NCBI GenBank assembly: GCA_041611735.1
Contig: JBFIML010000030.1
Coordinates: 1-53,802, forward strand
Length of the DNA: 53,802 bases
Direction: 5' to 3'
Origin: Myxococcota bacterium
Lineage (GTDB): Bacteria > Myxococcota_A > UBA9160 > PR03
The position numbers were made by a program, and so were the translations under genes. Shown piece by piece: positions 30,293-39,339 of this stretch (position 1 is the stretch's first letter; the number at the start of each line of letters is the position of its first letter). The notes under the pieces were generated by a model. That model saw only the letters and a program-made list of their open reading frames with translations, ran no database searches and had not been told where the DNA came from.

Positions 30293-31171
30293 CTACCAGC
30301 GTCCCGAGGCGCCGCCGCCCCCGAAGCCGCCCCCGCCGCCCCCGAAGCCGCCGCCTCCTCCGCTCCAGCCGCCGTCCCAGCCGGAGCCCGATCGCCCGAG
30401 CCCGCGCCGCAGCGTCCCCGGCGAGGTGGCGAACCAGCCCACCAGGGCGCCCAGGGCGAAGGCGACCCCTGCCCACGCCAGCACGCGCAGCACGACGTAG
30501 GTGACCACGCCGCTCACCGCGCCCGCCGCCACGGCGCCCTGGACCCGACGCCGGCGGAAGGGGGCTGCGACCAGGAAGGCGAGCACCGACGTCCAGACCA
30601 CCAGGGTGGCCGGGTCCGCGGATGGCCCTTCATCCGCCCGGGGCCGCCGCGTCGCGGGGATCCGCTCGCCCCGGGCGGCCTTCATGAGTGCATCCACTCC
30701 GGCCTCGATCCCGCCCGCCAGGTCGCCGGAACGGAAGTGCGAGAACATCACGTCCTCGAGCACGCGCTTCGCGATGGCGTCGGGGACCACCCCTTCGAGG
30801 CCGTAGCCCACCTCGATGCGCGCCTGCCGGTCGTCGGGAGCCACCACGACCACGATCCCATTGTCGAGCCCCGCGTGGCCGATGCCCCAGGTCTCGGCCA
30901 CGCGCAGGGCGAACTCCTCGATGGGCTCGCCGGCCAGGGTCGGCACGGTGAGCACCACGATCTGGTGGGTGGTCTCGGCTTCGAACTGCTCGAGGCGTCG
31001 TTCGAGGGCCGCGGCGCGCGCGGGCGCGAGGACGCCGGCGGTGTCGTTGACGCGCCCCTCGAGGCTCGGGACTTCGAGGGTGGCCGGCGCCGGGATCGCG
31101 ACCCCGAGCGCGGCGAGTCCCAGGGCGGCAGCCAGCGCCGCCCGAGTGCCCGCCCAGCGGCGGGTGCTCAG
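30293..31171 (-). CDS. TPM domain protein (YgcG-like) with Gly-rich tail
   Basis: VPSLEGRVNDTAGVL, QIVVLTVPTL, DNGIV, RIEVGYGLEG, GGGFGGGGASGRW. Homology and signal peptide extend upstream to a CTG at 31171. Confidence 0.85.
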   Translation of the reverse strand: MSTRRWAGTRAALAAALGLAALGVAIPAPATLEVPSLEGRVNDTAGVLAPARAAALERRLEQFEAETTHQIVVLTVPTLAGEPIEEFALRVAETWGIGHAGLDNGIVVVVAPDDRQARIEVGYGLEGVVPDAIAKRVLEDVMFSHFRSGDLAGGIEAGVDALMKAARGERIPATRRPRADEGPSADPATLVVWTSVLAFLVAAPFRRRRVQGAVAAGAVSGVVTYVVLRVLAWAGVAFALGALVGWFATSPGTLRRGLGRSGSGWDGGWSGGGGGFGGGGGGFGGGGASGRW

Positions 31172-31752
31172 AATCGCACCTCCGGGGGCTCCTCGGTGCC
31201 CGGCCGGGCCTCGAAGCCGGGCCGGACCTCGGCGCCCAGCAGGAAGCGAGCGGTCAGGTTGGTGGGGAAGTAGCGCACCAGCTTGTTGTACTCCTCCACG
31301 GCCTCGATGTAGCGCTTGCGCGCCACGGCGATGCGGTTCTCGGTGCCCTCGAGCTGCGCCTGGAGATCCCGGAACGACTGGGTGGCGGAGAGCTGTGGGT
31401 ACTGCTCGACAACCACGAGCAGCCGGCCGAGGGCGCGGGAGAGCTCGCCCTGGGCGGCCTCGAACTTTGCGAAGGCCTCGGGGTCGTCCAGGAGCTCGGG
31501 CCCGGCCTGGATGCCCGTGGCCCGCGCCCGGGCCTGCACCACCGCCTCCAGGGTCTCGCGCTCGAAGTCCGCGGCGCCCTTCACCGTCGCCACGAGGTTG
31601 GGCACGAGGTCCGCCCGGCGCTGGTACTGGTTCCCGACCTCGGCCCAGGCGGCCTTCACCCGCTCGTCGGCGCCTTGGATGCGGTTGTAGCCGCAGCCGG
31701 CAGCGCCGAGGCAGGCCACCAGCAGGGCCGCGAGGATCCTGGCTCTCGTCAC
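31168..31752 (-). CDS. lemA: LemA family protein
   Basis: GCGYN, YQRRADLVPNLV.TVKG, E.YPQL, LEGTENRIAVARKRY. Confidence 0.93.
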   Translation of the reverse strand: MTRARILAALLVACLGAAGCGYNRIQGADERVKAAWAEVGNQYQRRADLVPNLVATVKGAADFERETLEAVVQARARATGIQAGPELLDDPEAFAKFEAAQGELSRALGRLLVVVEQYPQLSATQSFRDLQAQLEGTENRIAVARKRYIEAVEEYNKLVRYFPTNLTARFLLGAEVRPGFEARPGTEEPPEVRF

Positions 31753-31818
31753 GTCGATTCCTCCCGGGGCGACAGGCGCGCCAGTCTACCGGAAGGCCGC
31801 CGCAGGGGGCTCAAGCGG

Positions 31819-32004
31819 ATGGGCCCGAGCTCCGATCTCCTGGCCGTGGCCAAGGACCTCTCCTGCCCCGTCTGCCAGGCGGACATGCCCCTCTCCGGGG
31901 ACGAGAAGACCGGTGAGGAGGTGTACTGCGCCTACTGCGGCGCCCCCTGCAAGGTCCTGCGCGGCAAGGACAACGACGAGATCGAGCTGGAAGAGGATTT
32001 CTAG
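31819..32004 (+). CDS. Small acidic zinc-ribbon protein, LysW-like fold
   Basis: CPVC..D.PL.....GEEVYC.YCGA and acidic tail EIELEEDF. Start 31819 or 31846. Confidence 0.7.
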   Translation: MGPSSDLLAVAKDLSCPVCQADMPLSGDEKTGEEVYCAYCGAPCKVLRGKDNDEIELEEDF

Positions 32005-32091
32005 GCGGGCGCGTTCTCATTGACTTCTTCCGAGGCGGACCCGACAACCGACCCCGGAGCGAGAAGAAGTCAATCAGTCAAGAACGTCCCC

Positions 32092-33291
32092 CTACGGCAA
32101 GAAGCGGCCGGGGTGCTGGAGCTTGCGGGGCAGGTACTCGTCGATCACGTAGTTGAGCCCCCACTTGGCGAGGGCCTGCTGCTCGGCCCGCACGCCCATC
32201 CCCACCAGCTGCTCGAGGGCCTGCCGCCACGGCTTGTGGCGCTGGAAGAAGGGATCGTTCTTGAGCGCGTCCCGGGCCCGCTTCACGTCCACGTCCTTCA
32301 ACGGATGGGTCGGAAGCTCGTACTCGACGATGTCCTGGGGAGTGACCCCCAGGAAGCGCGCGCTGGGTACGCAGAAGAAGCGGTTGATGTGGGCCGCCGA
32401 GCCCGAGCCGACCTTGATGGTGCGGTAGATGTTGGCGATGCCGTACGGGTCGCAGTCCACGAAGGCGTAGACCGGCAGACCGTGCTCGTCCGCCAGACGC
32501 CGGACGAAGCGTCGTACGGAGCGGGTGGGGACGCCCCCCATCTCGACCAGGATGCAGTTGGCGCGCTCCCAGAAGCGGTGCGACTGCAGGCGCTGGAACA
32601 TGCCCCCGGTCTCGATCAGCAGCACGAAAGCGGCGGTCGTCTCGAAGTCGAGCCCTTCCACGGAGGAGGGCACCGAGTAGGCGCCGGAGCCGAAGGCCGT
32701 GCAGTCGATGCGGGAGACCCGCCCCGTGGAGTCCCGGTCCACCACCACCAGCGGGCCAGACACCGACCCGCCGTGCTCCTCGGGGTAGAAGCGCAGCTGC
32801 TCCCGCGCCACCTGGTGCACGCTGAAAAGCGCCTCGATGTCGTCCATCACCGTGTCCGACTCCACCTGCTCGTCGAACTTGCACTCCTCCCAGTTCTTGG
32901 AGATGTAGTAGGCCTCCCGCTTGGTGGCGAAATCGCTGTTCTGGATCAGCTCCTTGGAGAGGGCCATCATGCGCAGGGTCTGGGCGAAGTTCTTGACCGT
33001 GTTCACCGAGAGGGTGCGCACCTTCATCTGGCGCCCGATCTCGAGATAGCCTTGCTCGTTGCTGTAGGAGACGTTGGAGAGCGCGCGCACGGGCAGCCGC
33101 AGGTCTGGGCGGCCGCGCTTGCGGATCGTCTGGTGCACGCGCTCGGCGGTCTGGTCGATCTGGCGGCGGGTCTCGGTGTCCGTGGCCTGGACGCGCTTCT
33201 CGTAGCTGCCGGCCCCGCCAGGCGCCGCCTTGCGGGTGACGCGGCGGGTCGGGGCGGACTTGCCGGAGCCGGACTTCCTGCGGGCGGCCAT
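32092..33291 (-). CDS. top6A: DNA topoisomerase VI subunit A
   Basis: TKREAYY (catalytic Tyr), Q.ESD...DIE, LIETGGMFQRL, GVP.R..RRF, DCDPYG (TOPRIM DxD), AEQQAL. TGATG coupling to subunit B. Confidence 0.92.
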   Translation of the reverse strand: MAARRKSGSGKSAPTRRVTRKAAPGGAGSYEKRVQATDTETRRQIDQTAERVHQTIRKRGRPDLRLPVRALSNVSYSNEQGYLEIGRQMKVRTLSVNTVKNFAQTLRMMALSKELIQNSDFATKREAYYISKNWEECKFDEQVESDTVMDDIEALFSVHQVAREQLRFYPEEHGGSVSGPLVVVDRDSTGRVSRIDCTAFGSGAYSVPSSVEGLDFETTAAFVLLIETGGMFQRLQSHRFWERANCILVEMGGVPTRSVRRFVRRLADEHGLPVYAFVDCDPYGIANIYRTIKVGSGSAAHINRFFCVPSARFLGVTPQDIVEYELPTHPLKDVDVKRARDALKNDPFFQRHKPWRQALEQLVGMGVRAEQQALAKWGLNYVIDEYLPRKLQHPGRFLP

Positions 33292-35045
33292 CACATCTTC
33301 CTGCTGCGTTCGAGGACGTCGGTCAGGGTCTCGATGGTGCGCTCCTTCTCGCGCTCGTCGAAGCCGAGGATCTCCTGCAACGCGATCGCCAGGTGCGGGA
33401 TGTACTTCTCGATGTAGCCGCGCTTCTTGGCCTCTTCGGCCTCGCGGCGGCGACGGCGGATGTGGGCAGAGACCTTGCGCCCGCAGTCCTGGAGCGCCAG
33501 GCGCAGCTCCTTCACGATCTCCGGGTAGTGGGCGATCGCCTCCTTGCTCTCCGACGTGAAGGGCACCCAGACGCTCGCCACGTGCACCATGAGCAGCATG
33601 GGTCCGATGGGGAGCGCGCCCTTCGGCTGCTGGAGCCCGTAGGCCTTCCAGTCCGTGGAGTTGACGGCCTTGGTGATGGCACACGCGCCCTGCTGGTACT
33701 GGAGCGGCACGCGGTTCGCGTAGCGGTACAGGGTGATGGACTCCTCGGCGGACAGCTTGCCCCCGTAGGAGAGGCCCACCTCCACCAGGAAGGGATTGCC
33801 GCGGTAGACCGTCGGGCGCCGTGTCGAGGCGGCGAAGAAGTCCGCTTCGACCTCCGCCCGCAACGCCCGCTCGATCAACTCCTCGCCGATCGGTGCGATG
33901 CAGTCGGTGGGCGGCGCCATGATCTTGGTGGCCTGGATTGCGCGATGGACCCGCTCCGCCTCCTCGCGGGTCGTCTCGGACGGCCGGCGCGAGGCCGACA
34001 CCTTGGCCCGCGTGCAGATCTCGTCGGCGATGCGCGGGGAGACCCGCGAGAAGTCGCCGGTCAGGCAGCCGCGCAGGTTGCGGGAGCGGCTGTCCCGGAA
34101 CATCTGCATGAGGACCCCGAGCTCGACCCCATACGGATGGGGCTTGATCTCGGCGGTTTCGGGCGGGAGCGTCCTGGCCACGCGCGGGAAGGCGTGCTCG
34201 GCGCCGTACTCCTCGGCCTTGGGCGGAACGTAGGTGATCTGGGCGTGCGGGTTGGCCAGCGAGATCTGGCGGATGTAGGCGTCCACCGAGTGCTGGCCGC
34301 CCCGGTAGTTGCCTTCCAGCTCGATCTCGACGCGGGTCCCGTGGGCGCGGTTCCACTCCACGACGTCGTCGCGCTTGACGCGGGGCTCGTTCTTCTGGGT
34401 GTCGATCACGAGCTCGAAGTGGTGAGCCGGCTTCTTGGCGCCGGTGCGGGTGGTGATCACGATGGGCTTGCCCGTGGTGATCAGTCCGTACATGCCCGCC
34501 GCGCTGATCCCGATGCCCTGCTGACCCCGGCTCTGGCGCAGGCGGTGGAACTTCGAGCCATAGAGCAGCCGTCCGAAGATCTTCGGGACCTGGGCGCGCA
34601 CGATGCCCGGGCCGTTGTCCTCGATGGCGATCCGGAAACGGGTCTCGTCGAGCTGGGCGATCTCGACGCGCACGTCCGGAAGGATCCCGGCCTCCTCGCA
34701 GGCGTCGAGGGCGTTGTCGACGCCCTCCTTCACGGTGGTGAGGAGCGCCTTGCTCGGGTTGTCGAAGCCGAGCAGGTGGCGGTTCTTGGCAAAGAACTCG
34801 GAGACGGAGATGTCGCGCTGGCGGCGCGCCAGCTCGACGGCCGAGGAGCGCCGGCCGCCGCCGCCCTCGGGCGCCGGGGCCGGGTCGTGCGCGACCGGCT
34901 CCGCCGCGCCCGGCGCCGGCTTCCGGCCCCGCTTGCGCTCCCGGGGCCGTCGCCCGCCCGCTCGGGCCGGCGCACGGCGTCGCGGCCGCCCCGCCCCGCC
35001 CCCCGGCGCGGGGGACGCGAAGACGAACTTCTCCTGGTCCGGCAT
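33291..35045 (-). CDS. top6B: DNA topoisomerase VI subunit B
   Basis: ISVSEFFAKNRHLLGFDNP, KEGVDNALDA, EDNGPGI, YGSKF..QSRGQQGIGIS (GHKL), IKPHPYGV, RYANRVPL, VPFTSESKEAIA. Confidence 0.94.
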   Translation of the reverse strand: MPDQEKFVFASPAPGGGAGRPRRRAPARAGGRRPRERKRGRKPAPGAAEPVAHDPAPAPEGGGGRRSSAVELARRQRDISVSEFFAKNRHLLGFDNPSKALLTTVKEGVDNALDACEEAGILPDVRVEIAQLDETRFRIAIEDNGPGIVRAQVPKIFGRLLYGSKFHRLRQSRGQQGIGISAAGMYGLITTGKPIVITTRTGAKKPAHHFELVIDTQKNEPRVKRDDVVEWNRAHGTRVEIELEGNYRGGQHSVDAYIRQISLANPHAQITYVPPKAEEYGAEHAFPRVARTLPPETAEIKPHPYGVELGVLMQMFRDSRSRNLRGCLTGDFSRVSPRIADEICTRAKVSASRRPSETTREEAERVHRAIQATKIMAPPTDCIAPIGEELIERALRAEVEADFFAASTRRPTVYRGNPFLVEVGLSYGGKLSAEESITLYRYANRVPLQYQQGACAITKAVNSTDWKAYGLQQPKGALPIGPMLLMVHVASVWVPFTSESKEAIAHYPEIVKELRLALQDCGRKVSAHIRRRRREAEEAKKRGYIEKYIPHLAIALQEILGFDEREKERTIETLTDVLERSRKM

Positions 35046-35147
35046 GGACGCTTCACCCCCCTCGACGCCGGGAGGATCCCCCTGCCGGGCGAAGCGGTCA
35101 AGCAGCGGCGAGGCGAGAGCCGTGCGTGCGCGGGACGGGGGGACGGG

Positions 35148-35360
35148 TCAGCGCAGCACGGAGAGCGGCTTGTCGCGGAAGGCTCCCCGCAGGCGCACGC
35201 GACCGCTCTGGATCAGCGCCACCACCGCGGCGATGACCTCGCGCTCGTCCTCGGTGACCTCGCCGATCGCCCAGACGAGCTCGAGGAGGGTCGTGTCCAC
35301 CCGAACCTCTCCGGAGCCCTCGAGGGCGGCGCGAACTCGGGCCGGGGCCACGGCGGTCAT
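35148..35360 (-). CDS. Small hypothetical protein (70 aa)
   Basis: TTLLELVWAIGEVTEDEREVIAAVVALIQSGRVRLRGAF; SD GGAGG; upstream sigma-54-like site. Confidence 0.7.
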   Translation of the reverse strand: MTAVAPARVRAALEGSGEVRVDTTLLELVWAIGEVTEDEREVIAAVVALIQSGRVRLRGAFRDKPLSVLR

Positions 35361-35387
35361 GACGACGTCCTCCCGCCGAAGGGACGA

Positions 35388-35403
35388 AGCAGGATGCGTG
35401 CCA
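35388..35403 (-). promoter_or_regulatory. Sigma-54 (-24/-12) promoter
   Basis: Minus strand TGGCACG-CATC-CTGCT matches TGGCACG-N4-TTGCW, 28 nt before the small gene. Confidence 0.65.
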
Positions 35404-35566
35404 TTCACGAGATGCCGGATGGGGTCGGGACGCTTCGCTCCAACCCCCCGAACTTGCTGGGTCCCCGCCGGGATGTGCCGGCCCCGCCGCCGTCCCGGTG
35501 ACGATTTTCGGGCCCCGGGTGTCCATTTTCGGACGCTCCGCCCCCGCGTCGGCCGTGGCCGCCCGG

Positions 35567-37084
35567 TCACGGCGGTCCGTCCTCGCTGCGCCGGTAGCCG
35601 AGCGCCTCGGCCATGGCGTCGGGCCCGACGCGCGCCTCGCCCGCCAGGTCTGCAATGGTGCGCGCCGCGCGCAGGAGCCGCCGTGCGCCCCGGGCCGAGA
35701 GGCGCAGGCGCTCGAGCGCCCGGCCCAGCAACGCGCGCGCCTCGGCGCTGGCCGCCACCGCCTCGTCCAACGCCCGGTCGGGGATCTCCGCGTTCGTGCG
35801 CACGCCGAAGCGCGCCAGTCGCTCCCCCTGCCGGCGCCGCGCCGCCGCCACCCGCTCGCGCACACAGGTGCTGCTCGCTCCCGGACGCTGGCTGTCGAGC
35901 TCGTGCCACGCCAGCGCCGGAACCGTGACGTGCAGATCGATCCGGTCGAGGAGCGGACCCGAGACGCGCGCCGCGTAGCGCGCCACGGCGGCGTCTTCGC
36001 AGCGGCAGTCGCGCCAGCGGCTGAACCGCCAGCCGCACGGACACGGGTTCGCCGCGGCCACCAGCTGGAAATCGGCCGGGAAGACGAAGGTTCCGCCGGC
36101 GCGGGCGAGCAGGACGTGCCGCTCCTCGAGGATCTGCCGCAGCGCTTCGAGCAAGCGCCGTTCGAATTCCGGCAGCTCGTCCAGGAACAGCACGCCCCGG
36201 TGGGCCAGGGATACCTCGCCGGGTCGCGGCGGGCTGCCGCCGCCCAGCAGCCCGGCCGCACTCGCCGCATGGTGCGGGGCGCGGAACGGTCGCTCGGCAA
36301 CGAGCGGTTGCGCCACGGCGAGACGGCCCGCGGCCCCGTGGATGCGCGTTACCTCCACGGCCTCGTCGAAGGCAAGGGCCGGGAGCAGGCCCGGCATGCG
36401 GCGCGCCAGCATGGTCTTGCCCGAGCCCGGCGGTCCGACCAGGAGCAGGGCGTGGCCTCCGGCGGCAGCGACCTCCAGGGCGCGGCGGGCGCCCTCCTGG
36501 CCGCGTACGTCGGCGAGGTCCGCTCCCGACGTGGAACGCCTCTCCAGCGGCGGAGGCTGCGCCCGGGGGAGGGCGCGTCCGGTCTGCAGGTGCGCGAGCA
36601 GCGCAGCCAGGTCCACCGCCCCATACACCTCGAGCCGCGGCGCCAGCGCCGCCTCGGCCGCGTTGGCGGCGGGGACCACCGCGCGCCGGCAGCCGGCGTC
36701 GCGCAGGGCGAGCGCCAGGGCCAGGGTGCCGCGCACGGGACGCAGGCGGCCGTCCAGGGCCAGCTCACCCACCAGGCCCAGGCCCCCCAGGCGTTCGGAA
36801 GCGACGGCCGCCGAGGCGGCGAGGATGCCGATGGCAATGGGGAGGTCGAGGCCCGCTCCTCCCTTGCGCAGCCCCGCGGGCGCCAGATTCACGGTCACGC
36901 GACGGTCCGGGAAGCGGTGACCGGCGGCGACGATCGCCGCACGCACCCGCGCCGTACTCTCGCGCACGGCCGCCTCGGGAAGTCCCACCAGGTCGACGCG
37001 CGGCAGCAGCGAGCTCAGACGCACTTCGACCTCCACCGCAACGCCGTCCACGCCGAACAGCGCTGCACCGAGCACGCGCGCCAT
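35567..37084 (-). CDS. comM: YifB/ComM Mg-chelatase-like AAA+ ATPase
   Basis: VGLPEAAVRES, VNLAPA..RK.G..LDLPIA, GPPGSGKTMLARR, PFRAPHH, PGEVSLAHRGVLFLDELPEF, NPCPCG, SGPLLDRID. Confidence 0.93.
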   Translation of the reverse strand: MARVLGAALFGVDGVAVEVEVRLSSLLPRVDLVGLPEAAVRESTARVRAAIVAAGHRFPDRRVTVNLAPAGLRKGGAGLDLPIAIGILAASAAVASERLGGLGLVGELALDGRLRPVRGTLALALALRDAGCRRAVVPAANAAEAALAPRLEVYGAVDLAALLAHLQTGRALPRAQPPPLERRSTSGADLADVRGQEGARRALEVAAAGGHALLLVGPPGSGKTMLARRMPGLLPALAFDEAVEVTRIHGAAGRLAVAQPLVAERPFRAPHHAASAAGLLGGGSPPRPGEVSLAHRGVLFLDELPEFERRLLEALRQILEERHVLLARAGGTFVFPADFQLVAAANPCPCGWRFSRWRDCRCEDAAVARYAARVSGPLLDRIDLHVTVPALAWHELDSQRPGASSTCVRERVAAARRRQGERLARFGVRTNAEIPDRALDEAVAASAEARALLGRALERLRLSARGARRLLRAARTIADLAGEARVGPDAMAEALGYRRSEDGPP

Positions 37085-37336
37085 CGAAGCTCCGACGGGA
37101 ACCGGGCGGGGGAGGCGGGAGTCGTGGGGAAGGGTGGAAGGCAGGACCCCGGGGCGGTCCCTCCGTGGCCCTGCCTTCGCCCCTTTTCGGAGAGCCCGGA
37201 GGGCTCCCGCTGCTTAGGGAGTGGGCGTGGGAGCCGCTTGGGTGGCACGCGCGGCGTGCCGATCGGTCCGTGAGCGGGCCCCGGGCGATCTGGCATACTC
37301 GCGCCGCCCCCCGCAGAAGACGCTGGAGAAGACCGG

Positions 37337-38482
37337 ATGCAGAGCTCTTTCCGCGCCAGGGTCCGGTCCGCGGCCGCGTTCGTCGGGCTGGCCGCCGCCC
37401 CCCTCGTCGGGATGGGCTGCAAGAGTGCACCCGAGGTGGTGGAGCTGGAGGGGGCGCCGGTTCCGGCGGAAGTGCAGGCCGGGCTCGCGGGGGCCCGCGC
37501 CCTGGCCCAGGCCGAAGAGCTGGCGGCGCTGGTTGGATCCGAGAGCGGAGCCGCCGAGGCCGCGCGGGAGCGGGTGCGCGGCGGGCTCGAGGAGCTCGGG
37601 CTCCCGGTGGAGGAGATCGACTCGCAGCAGCTTCTGGACGAGGCGCAACGGGCGGCCGCCCGGGAAGCGGGTGAGCCCTCCCGAATCCACGTGCTGGCCC
37701 GCCTCCCGGGCCTGGAGTCCCCGGACGCCTTCCTGCTGGTCGCGCCGTACGCCGGGGGCTGGGGCGCCGGGGCTCCCGGCTCGTGCGAGGCGGCCACCCA
37801 CGGCAAGTCCGGCGCAGGCCTGCTCCTCGAGCTGGCTCGATCCCTCGCCGCCGAGCCGCTTCCCTACGCGGTCTGGTTCGCGTTCCTGGACGAGCGGGCC
37901 GCGGACCCGGACCTCCAGGGCCCGCTGGCGCGGATGCGGGGCAGTGCGCAGCTGGGCCTCGCACTGGCGCGTTCCGAGGAGATCGCTCGCGTGCGTCTCG
38001 CCGTCTTCTTCGCGGGCCTCGGCGAGCGGGACCTCGTGGTCGCGCGCGACCTCTACTCCCAGCGCACCTACCGGGAGCGCTTCTTCCGGGTGGCCGGGCG
38101 AATCGGGCAGGGCGCGATCTTTCCCGCCAGCCGCGAATTCGAGTCGCCGCCGGCGGGTCACCGGGCCTTCCTCACCTCTGGCTTCCGTTCCGTGCTGGCG
38201 CTGGTGGGCGCGCAGCCGCCGCCGGAACCCGCGGACGCGGCGGGCGCACCTGCCGCCCTGGAGACCGCCCGGGAACTCGGGCCCTGCTCCGCGGAGAGCC
38301 TTCAGGCGGTCGGGGACGTGACGTTGGCTGCGCTCGCCGACGTGTCCGCGCTGTTGCGCAAGGTGGACCGCTTCGTCCAGCCCCCGGCTCCGCTTCCCGC
38401 CGCCAGCCGGCCCACGGAAACCGCGCCGCCGGAGCCTGCAGAGCCCGTGCCCGGCCCCGAGGGGTTGCCAGAGGGCGAATGA
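37337..38482 (+). CDS. Lipoprotein with degenerate M28 peptidase-like fold
   Basis: Lipobox GMGC; LLVAPY, SGAGLLLELAR, VWFAFLDE, GS..LA and HRAFL..G correspond to the M28 scaffold. Confidence 0.6.
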   Translation: MQSSFRARVRSAAAFVGLAAAPLVGMGCKSAPEVVELEGAPVPAEVQAGLAGARALAQAEELAALVGSESGAAEAARERVRGGLEELGLPVEEIDSQQLLDEAQRAAAREAGEPSRIHVLARLPGLESPDAFLLVAPYAGGWGAGAPGSCEAATHGKSGAGLLLELARSLAAEPLPYAVWFAFLDERAADPDLQGPLARMRGSAQLGLALARSEEIARVRLAVFFAGLGERDLVVARDLYSQRTYRERFFRVAGRIGQGAIFPASREFESPPAGHRAFLTSGFRSVLALVGAQPPPEPADAAGAPAALETARELGPCSAESLQAVGDVTLAALADVSALLRKVDRFVQPPAPLPAASRPTETAPPEPAEPVPGPEGLPEGE

Positions 38483-38616
38483 TTCTGGCCTATACTCGGT
38501 CCAATCCGATCGAAGGCCGGGGCGGGTGTGCGCCGCCTCCTGGCCCGTCGTTTCGTCGTGGAACAGAATCGCGCGTGACGCGATGCGCCACGTCCGAGAA
38601 GGGGAGGTGAATACCA

Positions 38617-39321
38617 ATGGATCGTCTTGCACGGGTTCCGGGTTTGCGTAGCGCAGCCTGCTTGGGGCTGGCGTTCGTCCTCGTGGGATCGGGCTGTGCC
38701 ACCACCAACGAGGTGCTCGACACGAAGACCAAGAAAGGGGCCGTCCTCGGGGGCCTGGCCGGGGCCGCCGCCGGCCGCGCCATCGGGGGCCACGACAAGG
38801 CCGCCGCGGGCATCGCCATCGGTGCCGCCACCGGCGCCCTCGCCGGCGGACTGATCGGCCGCTACCTGGACAACCAGGCCAAGGAGCTCGACGCGATTCC
38901 CGACGCGGACGTGGAGCGCCGCGAAGACCGCCTGGTGGTCACCTTCGGGGGCGACCTCCTGTTCGACACCGGCTCCGCAAACGTGTCGCCCGGCGCGCAG
39001 CAGCGCATGAGCCAGCTGGCGGACACCCTGAAGCGCTACCCGGAGTCCCGGGTGGTCGTGAAGGGCTACACGGACTCCGTGGGCTCCGAGACCCTGAACC
39101 AGCAGCTCTCGGAGCGCCGGGCCCAGAACGTGGCCAACTACCTCATCGCTCAGGGGGTGAGCCCGAGCCGCATCACCGCCCTCGGGTTCGGGGAGCAGTT
39201 CCCGCTCGCCACCAATGCAACGCCCGAGGGACGCCAGCAGAACCGCCGCGTCGAGATCGAGATCGTCCCGATCGAGGAGCGGCTGCGCGAGGGCGGCGGG
39301 AGTAGCGGGGCCCGCTACTAG
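38617..39321 (+). CDS. OmpA-family lipoprotein with glycine zipper (YiaD-like)
   Basis: SGC lipobox, GAVLGGLAGAAAG, LLFDTGS, GYTDSVG, NQQLSERRA, GRQQNRRVEI. Confidence 0.92.
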   Translation: MDRLARVPGLRSAACLGLAFVLVGSGCATTNEVLDTKTKKGAVLGGLAGAAAGRAIGGHDKAAAGIAIGAATGALAGGLIGRYLDNQAKELDAIPDADVERREDRLVVTFGGDLLFDTGSANVSPGAQQRMSQLADTLKRYPESRVVVKGYTDSVGSETLNQQLSERRAQNVANYLIAQGVSPSRITALGFGEQFPLATNATPEGRQQNRRVEIEIVPIEERLREGGGSSGARY

Positions 39322-39339
39322 GCGGAACCCCGGACGGTC

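Noticed and set aside
30300-30380. Tandem CCGCC/CCGAAGCCG repeats
   Set aside because: They simply encode the normal Gly-rich tail of the TPM protein.
31819-32004. Calling the small Zn ribbon lysW
   Set aside because: It lacks the C-terminal EDWGE and there are no lys/arg biosynthesis neighbours.
32092-33291. Top6A-like gene as Wadjet JetD or another defence nuclease
   Set aside because: It is coupled to a full Top6B and no SMC/jetABC genes are present.
37243-37260. TGGCACG as a sigma-54 promoter
   Set aside because: The GC is not at the required -12 spacing; it is only a GC-rich palindrome.
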